Positions 25,245-34,291 of a stretch of 34,291 nt of DNA are shown in pieces. The notes beneath the pieces are model-generated. The model made no database searches. It was not told the origin of the DNA and was given only the letters and a program-made list of their open reading frames with translations. Positions within the stretch are counted from its first letter, which is position 1. Each line of letters starts with the position of its first letter. The DNA is from a bacterium. Lineage in GTDB: Bacteria > Sysuimicrobiota > Sysuimicrobiia > Sysuimicrobiales > Humicultoraceae. Location: assembly GCA_041497675.1 (NCBI GenBank), contig JBGQGY010000027.1, forward strand, positions 1 through 34,291, in the 5' to 3' direction. Both the position numbers and the translations under genes were made by a program.

Positions 25245-27188
25245 ATGATCGTTGAGATGAACCGGGTGCTCCTCTTCGGCCCGAAGCGCCTGCTTGCCGG
25301 CGTGCTGGACGAAGTGCAGCGCATTGGTGCCGTCCACATCGATCGTATCGAGGCCGAGGAAGGCCCGCTCGCCGCGATGGGGGTGGACCAGGAGGCGGCG
25401 GCAGAACAGGCCGCCCTCGAACGCCTACGCGTCCGGGTCGACGGACTACTCGGTCTCTTGCCCGAGGTCCCCGGCGAGCCCACTAGGAGTGGCGACCCGA
25501 CGCCGACCGGCATCGATGCGATTGACGCAGCCGTCGGCGCGATCGAGGCTGACATCCAGGGCCCGAGCAAGCGGCGCGTCGAGCTTCAGGAGGAACTCGA
25601 ACTCATTCACATGTACGAAGGCGCCGTCCGCGTCCTGGCACCACTGCACGGCGCGCTCGCGGGCAGCCGGTCGCTCAAGACCGTCGGGTTCATCCTCCGC
25701 AGTAAAGACCTCACCGTCGTCGCCGCGCTGCGCCATCAGCTCGCCGAGATGACCGAAGGGCGCGTCGAGGTCGTGAGTCGCGTGATCGAGGAAGGCAAGA
25801 TCGGCGTGGTGGTGGCCTTCCTGCACCGCGATGCCGAGACCATCCAACGGTTCCTGACGCAGGCCGGGATCTCCGAACTGCGGCTCCCAGAACGCTACGG
25901 CGGGATGGGGCCCATGGAAGCGATCCGCCTCATGGAGCAGCGACTCGCCGCGCTGCCGGCTGAACTGGATGCGGTACGCAACGCGCTGACGGCCGCTGCG
26001 CGGCGATACCGGCCGCAGCTAATGGCGCTGCGGGCGCCGGTCGCCGACCGGCTGGCCCAGCTGCGCGTCCTGCCCAACCTGGCGCAGTCGAGATACGCGT
26101 TTGTCGTACACGGCTGGGCGCCGGCGGCAACAATGACGGAGATTCGCGCGACGCTGCGCCGGCGGTTCGGCGACGACGTCGTCGTCTACGATGCCCCGGC
26201 CGATCCACACGAAGCGGCACAGGTCCCGGTGCTGCTGGACAATTCCCCTGCGCTTCGGCCGTTCCAGCGGCTGTTGGGATTGTTCAGGCCGCCACGCTAC
26301 GGCACGCTCGATCCCACGCTCTACCTGGCGATCTTTTTCCCAATTTTCGTCGGCGTCGTCATTGGCGACGTCGCCTACGGCGCGCTGCTCTTTGCCTTCG
26401 GGTGGTGGATGCGCAACAAGGCGCGAAAAGGGGAGACCTGGGTCGTTCCTCTTGTGGGGTTTCGCCTGTCGCCTGTCGTCCTCGTCGATGCCTCCTGGAT
26501 CATCCGGGTCATGTCGACGTGGACCATCATCTTCGGCGTCTTCTATCTGGAGTTCTTCGGGAACCTGCTGGAGCACCATCTTGGCTGGCACCCGATTTTC
26601 AACAGGGTCGAGCTCACGACGGCCTTCTTCGCTTTGACCATCTCCCTCGGGATCGTACAGGTCATGTTAGGCTACGTGCTGCACCTCATCCTGGCCGCTC
26701 GGCACAAGCACGCCTTCGGTATCGTCGAGTCGCTGGCCATGATCTGCGGCGTGCTGGGCTTGCTCGCGGTGCTCGGGGCCATGGGGAAGCAGTTGCCGCA
26801 GGCACTCTTCACGCCCGGCGTCTTCTTGCTGATGGCGTTCCTGGCGTTCGTGCTGATCGGTGTGGCGCTCAATCGGCTTGCGCTGATGTGGCTGCTGGAA
26901 GCGATCTCGGGCATGGGCAACGTGTTGTCCTATGCCCGGTTATTTGGCGTCGGGCTGGCCGCGGCGGTACTGGCGAACGTCGCGAATCAACTCGGCGGCC
27001 TGGTGGGGTCCATCTGGGTCGGCATCGTGGTCGGCATCTTCATCCAGATGGTTTTCTTCATCTTTACGATCCCGGGCCACATCATCCAGCCGGCCCGTCT
27101 CAATTGGGTCGAGTTCCTGACCAAGGTGAAATACCACGATGAAACCGGCAACTCGTATCGTCCGCTCGAAAAAACAGGAGGTGACTAG
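25245..27188 (+). CDS. atpI: V/A-type ATP synthase subunit I (a)
   Basis: GW.P, VPVLLDN....PFQ, PRYGTLDPT, GDVAYG, GNVLSYARL (essential Arg), GHIIQPARLNWVEF. Confidence 0.93.
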   Translation: MIVEMNRVLLFGPKRLLAGVLDEVQRIGAVHIDRIEAEEGPLAAMGVDQEAAAEQAALERLRVRVDGLLGLLPEVPGEPTRSGDPTPTGIDAIDAAVGAIEADIQGPSKRRVELQEELELIHMYEGAVRVLAPLHGALAGSRSLKTVGFILRSKDLTVVAALRHQLAEMTEGRVEVVSRVIEEGKIGVVVAFLHRDAETIQRFLTQAGISELRLPERYGGMGPMEAIRLMEQRLAALPAELDAVRNALTAAARRYRPQLMALRAPVADRLAQLRVLPNLAQSRYAFVVHGWAPAATMTEIRATLRRRFGDDVVVYDAPADPHEAAQVPVLLDNSPALRPFQRLLGLFRPPRYGTLDPTLYLAIFFPIFVGVVIGDVAYGALLFAFGWWMRNKARKGETWVVPLVGFRLSPVVLVDASWIIRVMSTWTIIFGVFYLEFFGNLLEHHLGWHPIFNRVELTTAFFALTISLGIVQVMLGYVLHLILAARHKHAFGIVESLAMICGVLGLLAVLGAMGKQLPQALFTPGVFLLMAFLAFVLIGVALNRLALMWLLEAISGMGNVLSYARLFGVGLAAAVLANVANQLGGLVGSIWVGIVVGIFIQMVFFIFTIPGHIIQPARLNWVEFLTKVKYHDETGNSYRPLEKTGGD

Positions 27189-27189
27189 G

Positions 27190-27513
27190 TTGAAGAAAGG
27201 ACTGTTCTTGCTTGGACTGACCGCCGTCGTCTTGTTGCTGGGGGCCTCCTTGGCGCTTGCGGCAGAGGCGACCCCCGAGGGGGGCAAGCAACTTACCCTG
27301 GCGCACGGGTTGCTGGGCCTCGCGGCGGCGCTGGCGGTCTTCGGTGGCGCCATCGGCACCGCATGGGCGCAGTCTCGCATCGGCGCGGCGGCGGCCGGCG
27401 CCATCGCCGAGCGTCCGGAGATCGGCGGCCAGATGCTGATCTTCCTCGTGCTTCCCGAGACGCTCATCATCTTTGGCTTCCTCGTCGCGTTCTTTATCAT
27501 TGGCAAGATCTAG
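27190..27513 (+). CDS. atpK: V/A-type ATP synthase proteolipid subunit K/L (c) with signal peptide
   Basis: AQSRIGAAAAGAIAE.P...LIFLVLPETLIIFGF; SD AGGAGG 27176-27181 gives TTG 27190; N-terminus MKKGLFLLG...ASLALA is signal-peptide-like. Confidence 0.93.
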   Translation: MKKGLFLLGLTAVVLLLGASLALAAEATPEGGKQLTLAHGLLGLAAALAVFGGAIGTAWAQSRIGAAAAGAIAERPEIGGQMLIFLVLPETLIIFGFLVAFFIIGKI

Positions 27514-27520
27514 CGTTGGC

Positions 27521-28102
27521 ATGAGCTCCGAACTCATCACGCTGCTGGAGCGCGAGGCCGCGGCCGAGCGGGAGAATATTCTCACCGAGGCGCGAGCCCA
27601 GACCGAGACGGTCGTGGCGGAGGCCCGCCGGCAGGCCCAAGAACTGCTGGCGGCCCACAAGGAACGGCTGGAGGCGGAGGCCCGGGTGGCCCGGGTGCGG
27701 GCGCAGAGCACCGCGCACCTCCGCGCCTCCTCGCAGGTCTTGCAGGCGAAGGAAGAGGAGATCGCGCAGGTCTTTGCGCGCGCCGAGGCCGAATTGGCCC
27801 GGATCCCCGGCGACGGGCAACGGTACCCGGCCATCCTGCGCGCGTTCATCGACGAAGGGTTGGGCGGTCTCGAGCGTGCGGGTGTCGTCACGGTCAACCC
27901 GGCCGACCAGGCCGCCGCACAGGCGTTGCTGAAAGAGCGCGGGTCGGCCGTCACCGTGCGCACCGATCCCGCGATAGTCGGCGGGGTCAAGGTGACCTCG
28001 CCCGACGGGCGATTTGTCTTGACCAATACCCTGGCGTCGCGTCTGGAGCGGGCCCGCCCGATCGTCGCGGCGGACGTGGCACGGGCCCTGTGGGAGTCAT
28101 GA
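27521..28102 (+). CDS. atpE: V/A-type ATP synthase subunit E
   Basis: N-terminal coiled coil (LLEREAAAERENILTEARAQ), VNPAD, IVGGVKV.S.DG....NTLASRL; ATG 27521 follows the subunit K stop. Confidence 0.9.
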   Translation: MSSELITLLEREAAAERENILTEARAQTETVVAEARRQAQELLAAHKERLEAEARVARVRAQSTAHLRASSQVLQAKEEEIAQVFARAEAELARIPGDGQRYPAILRAFIDEGLGGLERAGVVTVNPADQAAAQALLKERGSAVTVRTDPAIVGGVKVTSPDGRFVLTNTLASRLERARPIVAADVARALWES

Positions 28103-28111
28103 CCTCGGCGA

Positions 28112-29143
28112 ATGCCTGACTTTCCGTACATCAACGCCCGTGTGCGCGCGATGCGCAGCCGGCTGATGACCCCCGGCCAGCTTGAAGAGTCGCTGGGCGC
28201 GCCGACATTGGACGCCTTTCTGCAGGGACTCTCCACGACGCCCTACAGCTTCGACCTGCAAGAAGCGCTGCTACGGTACGAGGGGCTCCGTGCGGTCGAT
28301 GAGGCATTGTCGCACAGCCTGGCGAGGACCACGCGGACAATATTGGGATTTGCCGACGGGCGGGCGCGCGACCTCATCAGCCTCGTGCTGCTGCGCTGGG
28401 ATCTGGCGAACCTCCGGGTCATCGTCCGTGGCAAACGCAGCGGCCGGCCAACCGACGAGATCGTCCAGGCGCTGCTGCCGGCGGGCAACCTGAGCGACGT
28501 GGTGCTCAAAGAAATGGCCGGGTACCCGGACATCGCGGCGCTGGCGGGGACGCTCGAGTCATTGGACCATCCCTTGGCGGGTCCGCTCGCGCAAGGGGTC
28601 GCCGCGTATGCGAAGACCAAAGATGTTATGGAGCTCGAGCTGCATCTCGAGCGCGGGTATGCCGAATTCGCTCTGCGGCAGGCGAAGCGGCTCGGTCAGG
28701 ACGCGGCAGTCCTGGGCGAGTTCTTCCAGGCCGAGGTCGACGCCTCCAACGTGAAGACGGCGCTGAAACTGGCCTCGGCGGACGGCCTCTCGGAGGAGCG
28801 GCGTCTGCAGTTCTTCATCCCGGGCGGCGCCGGCGTCAACGACCGGCTCTTTGCGGCGTTGTCGTCCGCACAAACGCAGGCGGCGGCGTGGGAGCGGCTC
28901 CGCGCCCACCGATTCCCGATCAAAGAACTGCCACAGGATCTGGTCGCTTTCGAGCGCGAGCTCGACGGGCGGATCGGCAAGGCGCTCGCGGCCCGCTATC
29001 GGGGTGACCCGCTTGGCGTCGACATCGTGCTCGGGTATCTGGCGATGAAATCGGCGGAAGTGAGCAACCTCCGGATGATCGCACGGGGCAAGTTCCTGGG
29101 GCTCCCGCGCGAAGCCGTGAGGAAGGAGATGCTCGTTGTATAA
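28112..29143 (+). CDS. atpC: V/A-type ATP synthase subunit C (d)
   Basis: F.YINARVRAMRSRL, RWDLANLRVIVRG, FIPGG, YLAMKSAEVSNLRMIARGK. Confidence 0.92.
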   Translation: MPDFPYINARVRAMRSRLMTPGQLEESLGAPTLDAFLQGLSTTPYSFDLQEALLRYEGLRAVDEALSHSLARTTRTILGFADGRARDLISLVLLRWDLANLRVIVRGKRSGRPTDEIVQALLPAGNLSDVVLKEMAGYPDIAALAGTLESLDHPLAGPLAQGVAAYAKTKDVMELELHLERGYAEFALRQAKRLGQDAAVLGEFFQAEVDASNVKTALKLASADGLSEERRLQFFIPGGAGVNDRLFAALSSAQTQAAAWERLRAHRFPIKELPQDLVAFERELDGRIGKALAARYRGDPLGVDIVLGYLAMKSAEVSNLRMIARGKFLGLPREAVRKEMLVV

Positions 29144-29453
29144 GCTCGGCATCATCGCCGATCCTGAGAGTGCAACCGGTTTTCGGCTGGCCGGCGCGGA
29201 AGTGCGCGAGGCCACCTCACCACAGGCGGCCCTCGAGCACCTTCGACACTTCGTGCAACACGACTACGGATTGGTGGCGATCATTGAATCGCTGCTCGTG
29301 GGCACCGAGGAGCAGCGGTTTCGCCTGATGCGCGGCCGCGATCTGCCGATCATCCTCCCGATCCCGGCGCCGCAGGCCGAGATCGAGAGCGGCGAGGCAT
29401 ACATTGCGCGGTTGGTCAAAGAGCATATCGGCTTCTACGTGAAGTTGCGATAG
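29136..29453 (+). CDS. atpF: V/A-type ATP synthase subunit F
   Basis: [35 protein letters not shown] start with SD AAGGAG. Confidence 0.92.
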   Translation: MYKLGIIADPESATGFRLAGAEVREATSPQAALEHLRHFVQHDYGLVAIIESLLVGTEEQRFRLMRGRDLPIILPIPAPQAEIESGEAYIARLVKEHIGFYVKLR

Positions 29454-29466
29454 CGAGGGGGTTGTG

Positions 29467-31227
29467 ATGGCGACGCAGGGGAGCGTTATCAAGATCGCCG
29501 GCCCGGCGGTCATCGCGCGCGGGATTCCCGGGGCCCGCATGTACGACCTGGTCCGCGTGGGTCAGGAGGGTTTGCTCGGGGAGATTATCCGCCTCGACCG
29601 TGAGACCGCGTTTATCCAGGTGTACGAAGACACCTCGGGTCTGCGGGTCGGCGAGGCGGTGGTCAGCAGCGGCACGCCGCTGTCGCTCGAGCTGGGCCCC
29701 GGGCTGTTAACGAGCATCTTTGACGGGATCCAGCGCCCGCTGGAGAGCATCCGCAAGCAGAAAGGCGACTTTATCGCGCGCGGCGCCGTGACCGAGGCAC
29801 TCGACCGGGCGAAGAAGTGGGCATTTACGCCGTCCGTCAAACAAGGCCAGAAGGTTGCCCCTGGCGATGTGATCGGCGTGGTCAAAGAGTTTCAGTTCGA
29901 GCATCGCATCATGGTGCCGCCCACCTCGAAAGGCGGCGACGTGACCGAGATCCGCTCCGGCGAGTTCACGGTCGATGAGGTCATCGGCCGTCTCTCCGAC
30001 GGCACCGAGTTGCGCCTCATGCACCGCTGGCCGGTTCGCTCACCACGGCCGGTGGCGCGCAAGCTCGACCCGCGCGAGCCCTTCATCTCGGGCCAGCGTA
30101 TCATCGACGTGCTCTTCCCGGTGGCCATGGGCGGCGCCGCCGCGATTCCCGGACCGTTTGGCTCGGGTAAGACCGTCATGCAGCAGACGCTGGCCAAATG
30201 GTCCAACGCGGACGTGATCGTCTACGTGGGCTGTGGTGAGCGCGGCAACGAGATGACCCACGTGCTCGACGAGTTCCCCGAGCTGGAAGACCCACGCACC
30301 GGCCGGCCGCTGATGGAGCGCACGGTCATCATCGCCAACACGTCGAACATGCCGGTCGCGGCGCGCGAAGCCTCGGTCTACACCGGCATCACGATGGCCG
30401 AGTACTGGCGCGACCAAGGCTACAAGGTGGCCCTGATGGCCGACTCGACCAGCCGCTGGGCAGAGGCCATGCGCGAGATCTCCTCCCGCCTCGAAGAGAT
30501 GCCCGCCGAGGAAGGCTATCCACCGTACCTCTCGAGCCGGCTGGCAGCCTTCTACGAGCGCGCGGGCCGTGTGATCTGTCTGGGGACGCCCGAGCGCAAC
30601 GGCTCGGTCACCGTCGTGGGCGCGGTCTCACCGCCCGGCGGCGACCTCTCTGAGCCGGTGACGCAGTCGACGCTGCGGATCACGGGCACCTTCTGGTCGC
30701 TCGACGCGAGCCTGGCGTATCGCCGGCACTTCCCGGCGATTCACTGGCTGCGATCGTACAGTCTCTACACGCCGCTCTTCAAAGAGTGGTACCGTGAGAA
30801 TATGCCCGAGGATTTCGAGACGCTGCGCGATCGGGCGTCGGCCTTGCTCCAGCGTGAGTCCGAACTGCAAGAGATCGTGCAGCTGGTCGGGCCGGATGCC
30901 CTTCAGGACGATCAGCGACTGATCATCGAAGCCGGCAAGATGTTGCGTGAGGATTTCCTGCAGCAATCGTCGTTCTCCGAGATCGACGCCTACTGCCCGA
31001 TGGAGAAAGCGTACGGTATCCTCCAGGCGATCACGGCCTTCTATGATGAAGCCGGCGCGGCGCTCAAACGCGGCATGCTGATGGACGACATCTTGAACCT
31101 GAAGCAAATCGAAGAGATCGCGCGGATGAAGGAAATCCCCAACGATCAATTTAGCGCCTACATCAAGGGTTGGCTGCAACAGCTGCCTGAGGCGTTCGGC
31201 GCGAAGGCCGCGGCGGGAGGCGCATAG
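29467..31227 (+). CDS. atpA: V/A-type ATP synthase catalytic subunit A
   Basis: IQVYEDT.GL, WPVR.PRP, P-loop [62 protein letters not shown]; no intein seen. Confidence 0.97.
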   Translation: MATQGSVIKIAGPAVIARGIPGARMYDLVRVGQEGLLGEIIRLDRETAFIQVYEDTSGLRVGEAVVSSGTPLSLELGPGLLTSIFDGIQRPLESIRKQKGDFIARGAVTEALDRAKKWAFTPSVKQGQKVAPGDVIGVVKEFQFEHRIMVPPTSKGGDVTEIRSGEFTVDEVIGRLSDGTELRLMHRWPVRSPRPVARKLDPREPFISGQRIIDVLFPVAMGGAAAIPGPFGSGKTVMQQTLAKWSNADVIVYVGCGERGNEMTHVLDEFPELEDPRTGRPLMERTVIIANTSNMPVAAREASVYTGITMAEYWRDQGYKVALMADSTSRWAEAMREISSRLEEMPAEEGYPPYLSSRLAAFYERAGRVICLGTPERNGSVTVVGAVSPPGGDLSEPVTQSTLRITGTFWSLDASLAYRRHFPAIHWLRSYSLYTPLFKEWYRENMPEDFETLRDRASALLQRESELQEIVQLVGPDALQDDQRLIIEAGKMLREDFLQQSSFSEIDAYCPMEKAYGILQAITAFYDEAGAALKRGMLMDDILNLKQIEEIARMKEIPNDQFSAYIKGWLQQLPEAFGAKAAAGGA

Positions 31228-31231
31228 CTCC

Positions 31232-32647
31232 ATGCAACTGACGACGAAGCAGTACCAATCGATCTCGTACATCTCGGGCCCGCTGATGTTCGTGGAGGGG
31301 GCGCACGATCTCCCTTACGGGGCGATCGTCAACATCCACCTGCCCGAGGGCGGCATCCGCGGCGGCCAGGTCATCGAAGTGTCGGAGAAGAACGCGGTCG
31401 TCCAGGTGTTCGAGGAGACGGCGGGACTCGACCTGGCGCGGACATCGGTGAGCCTCCGCGAGGACGTCGCGCGGATCTCCTGCTCGCGGGAGATGATCGG
31501 CCGCCGGTTCAACGGCCTGGGCGATCCTATTGACGGACTCCCGCCAATTATCCCCGAAAAGCGCCTGCCCATCATCGGCGCCCCGATCAACCCGGTGGCG
31601 CGGCAGCGCCCGCAGGAATTCATCCAGACCGGTATCTCGTCGATCGACGGTCTGAACACCCTCGTGCGCGGGCAGAAGCTGCCGATCTTTTCGGGCGCAG
31701 GCCTCCCGCACAATGAGATCGCCGCGCAAATCGCGCGCCAGGCCAAGGTCTTGGGCGGGGCCGAAGAGTTCTCGGTCGTGTTCGGGGCGATGGGCATCAC
31801 GCAGCGTGAGGCGGCGTACTTCATCGAACAATTCGAGTCCACCGGGGCGTTGGCGCGTAGCGTCGTTTTCCTCAATCTGGCGGACGATCCTGCCATCGAG
31901 CGGTTAATGACCCCGCGTATGGCGCTGACCACCGCCGAGTATCTGGCGTTCGATCTCGAGATGCAAGTGTTGGTCATTCTCACCGACATGACCAACTACT
32001 GTGAGGCGCTGCGTGAGATCGGCGCAGCACGGGAAGAGATCCCCGGCCGCCGTGGGTACCCGGGCTACATGTACACCGACCTGGCGTCGATCTATGAGCG
32101 GGCCGGCCGCGTGCACGGGCGCAAGGGATCGATCACGCAGTTGCCGATCCTGACGATGCCCGACGACGACATCACCCATCCGATCCCCGACCTGACGGGC
32201 TACATCACCGAGGGCCAGATCGTCCTCGCGCGGGCGCTGCACCGCAACGGCATCTATCCACCGATCAACCCGCTGCCCAGCCTGTCGCGGCTGATGAATG
32301 ACGGCATCGGGGCGAAGCGTACCCGCCCTGACCACTCCAATGTGAAGGACCAGGTGTTTGCGTCGTACGCGAACGGCGTCGACCTGCGCCGCCTGGTGGC
32401 CATCATCGGCGAAGAGGCCCTGACCGATCGCGACCGGCTGTACCTGAAGTTCGCCGAAGCGTTCGAGAGGGAGTTCCTGGGGCAGGGAATGACCGATCGC
32501 TCGATCGAAGAGACCCTGACGCTGGGGTGGAAGCTACTCTCGGTGTTCCCGAAGGGCGAATTGAAGCGCATCAAACAGGATCACGTGGACAAGTACTACT
32601 TCGGCGAGCAGATGGACCAGCTTTGGGAAGACAAGGTGCGCCTGTAG
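31232..32647 (+). CDS. atpB: V/A-type ATP synthase subunit B
   Basis: [81 protein letters not shown]. Confidence 0.97.
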   Translation: MQLTTKQYQSISYISGPLMFVEGAHDLPYGAIVNIHLPEGGIRGGQVIEVSEKNAVVQVFEETAGLDLARTSVSLREDVARISCSREMIGRRFNGLGDPIDGLPPIIPEKRLPIIGAPINPVARQRPQEFIQTGISSIDGLNTLVRGQKLPIFSGAGLPHNEIAAQIARQAKVLGGAEEFSVVFGAMGITQREAAYFIEQFESTGALARSVVFLNLADDPAIERLMTPRMALTTAEYLAFDLEMQVLVILTDMTNYCEALREIGAAREEIPGRRGYPGYMYTDLASIYERAGRVHGRKGSITQLPILTMPDDDITHPIPDLTGYITEGQIVLARALHRNGIYPPINPLPSLSRLMNDGIGAKRTRPDHSNVKDQVFASYANGVDLRRLVAIIGEEALTDRDRLYLKFAEAFEREFLGQGMTDRSIEETLTLGWKLLSVFPKGELKRIKQDHVDKYYFGEQMDQLWEDKVRL

Positions 32648-32678
32648 GGCGCAGCGGATCCAGCAGGGAGCCGGCAGC

Positions 32679-33320
32679 ATGGCCGACATGATCAGCCCGA
32701 CCCGCATGAACCTGCTGCAGCGCCGCGACCAGCGGCGTGTGGCCGAGCAGGGCGTCGACCTCTTGAAGCGCAAGCGTGACGCCTTGGTCGCGGACTTCTT
32801 CAAAATTGTGAGAGCGTCGCTGGCCGCCCGGGAACGGCTGGCGGCGGCCTGCCGTGAGGCCTACGTGATGCTGTCCGTGGCCAAAGCGGTCGAGGGCCGC
32901 GAAGCGCTCGAAGCGGCCGCGCTGCCCGCGGCGCGCGACATCACCGTGGAGATCGACATCCGCAACGTCTGGGGTACGAAGATCCCCGAAGTCACCGTCA
33001 CCCCGATCCGCCGCCAATTGCTGGACCGCGGCCAGAACCCCGTCGCCACCAGCGCCCGGGCCATCGCCAGCACCGCCAACTTCGAAGAAGTCGTCGAAGC
33101 CATCCTCGCGGTGGCGGCCACCGAGATCAAGCTGCGCAAGATCGGCGAAGAGATCAAGAAGACGACCCGGCGCGTGAACGCCCTGGAGCAGGTGGTCATC
33201 CCGCGGCTGCGGGCGGAGATCCGCTTCATCGCCTCGGTGCTCGAGCAGCGGGCGCGGGAAGATGTGTTCCGGCTGAAGCGTATCAAGAAGAAGCTGGAGG
33301 CCAAGGAAGCGGGGGCGTAG
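32679..33320 (+). CDS. atpD: V/A-type ATP synthase subunit D
   Basis: PTRMNL, G.DLLKRKRDAL, NVWG...P, EEIKKTTRRVNALEQVVIP, LEQRARED.FRLKRIK. Confidence 0.96.
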   Translation: MADMISPTRMNLLQRRDQRRVAEQGVDLLKRKRDALVADFFKIVRASLAARERLAAACREAYVMLSVAKAVEGREALEAAALPAARDITVEIDIRNVWGTKIPEVTVTPIRRQLLDRGQNPVATSARAIASTANFEEVVEAILAVAATEIKLRKIGEEIKKTTRRVNALEQVVIPRLRAEIRFIASVLEQRAREDVFRLKRIKKKLEAKEAGA

Positions 33321-33321
33321 C

Positions 33322-34077
33322 GTGGCCACACCGGCGTGGCCTCTTCGGGGACCACGCGAACGTCGCTGGCAGGCGGTGATCGCGGGTCTGCTCGCGTTCA
33401 TCGGGTTCGTCGTCGTGACGCAGATCCGCCAGGAGTGGCTGATCAAGCGGACGCTGCGCATCCCCTCGACCCGTCTGGGCGAACTCGCCTTTGTGCTGCG
33501 TGAGCAAGAGCGCACGCGGGCCGCGCTTGAGGCCCAGGTCGCCGAACTCCGAGGCCGGATGGTGGACTACGAGCGCGCCGCGACCGAAGGCCGCACCGCC
33601 GCCACAAAACTCACCCGGCAGCTGCAGGAGATGCGCGTGCTGGCGGGTCTGACGGCACTTGAGGGCCCCGGCATCGTCGTCGAGCTCAACGACAGCACCC
33701 GCGCGCCAAAACCCGGCGAGGACCCCAACAAGACAATCCTCCACTACACCGACATCTACGCCGTTGTCTCCGAATTGTGGGCGTCCGGCGCCGAGGCGGT
33801 CGCCATCAATGGCGAGCGCGTGGTGTCCAGTACCGGGATCAGCTGCGTCGGGACGACGATCCTGTGCAACACCAAACGGCTGGCCCCGCCGTACCTGATC
33901 ACGGGCGTCGGCGACGCCAAGAAGATGCTGGAGTACCTGCGGCGTCCAGGCGGCAGCCTCGAATTGCTCACGTCGTTCGATTTTCCCGTCAAGCTGACCT
34001 CGCGCGCCCGCGTGGAGTTGCCGGCGTACCGCGGGACGTTTCGCTTCGAGCACACCACTGCCGGCAGACAGGAGTAA
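33322..34077 (+). CDS. DUF881 (YlxW/YlxX-like) protein
   Basis: N-terminal TM segment, coiled coil, AGLTALEGPGIVVELND, LHYTD...VVSELWASGAEAVAINGERV, PPY.I..VGD. Confidence 0.9.
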   Translation: MATPAWPLRGPRERRWQAVIAGLLAFIGFVVVTQIRQEWLIKRTLRIPSTRLGELAFVLREQERTRAALEAQVAELRGRMVDYERAATEGRTAATKLTRQLQEMRVLAGLTALEGPGIVVELNDSTRAPKPGEDPNKTILHYTDIYAVVSELWASGAEAVAINGERVVSSTGISCVGTTILCNTKRLAPPYLITGVGDAKKMLEYLRRPGGSLELLTSFDFPVKLTSRARVELPAYRGTFRFEHTTAGRQE

Positions 34078-34082
34078 GGGCG

Positions 34083-34291
34083 ATGTGGCTGCCGGTCATC
34101 GGGCTGATCGTGGGCGTGGTGCTGGGCTTCCTGTTCTCCGTTGAGATTCCGCTTGGGTACGTCAAGTACACGGCGATCGCCATCCTGGCGGCGATCGACA
34201 CCATTTTGGGCGGATTGCGTGCGCAGGTGGAGGATCGGTTCGACCTGCCGATCTTCCTTTCGGGATTCGTCATCAACGCGGCGTTTGCGGC
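34083..34291 (+). CDS. sbp: Small basic protein Sbp (DUF1290), 3'-partial
   Basis: Not in the ORF track; translates MWLPVIGLIVGVVLG...IPLGYVKYTAIAILAAIDTIFGGLRAQVEDRFDLPIFLSGFVINAAFA; usual neighbour of DUF881. Confidence 0.88.
   Translation, partial: MWLPVIGLIVGVVLGFLFSVEIPLGYVKYTAIAILAAIDTILGGLRAQVEDRFDLPIFLSGFVINAAFA

Overview
High-GC bacterial chromosome segment dominated by energy metabolism; no tRNA, rRNA, CRISPR array or mobile element was recognised. In order: a 5'-truncated S9 peptidase; a small excisionase-like HTH gene plus an MFS transporter behind a long folded leader; a minus-strand operon of fumC, a heme-less (mycobacterial Sdh1/type F-like) succinate dehydrogenase and an alkyltransferase-like gene; then about 25 kb on the + strand: icd, mdh, GNAT, sucCD, a PuuD-like membrane protein lacking its cytochrome c domain, a YvlD-like holin-family gene, rapZ, yvcK, nuoA-H-J-K-L-M-N, a Thermus-type V/A-ATPase operon (G-I-K-E-C-F-A-B-D), DUF881 and a partial sbp. 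The main oddity is the complex I cluster. It encodes only the membrane arm (no room for nuoBCD, nuoI or nuoEFG), and its NuoL has a 26-residue tandem duplication in the lateral helix. That resembles the insertion described in four-antiporter '2M' complexes, yet only one nuoM gene is present. Three intergenic regions hold candidate structured RNAs or switches. A Terrabacteria-type host (e.g. Armatimonadota/CSP1-3-like) is only a guess from gene content. All calls rest on motif recognition by eye; no searches or folding programs were run.
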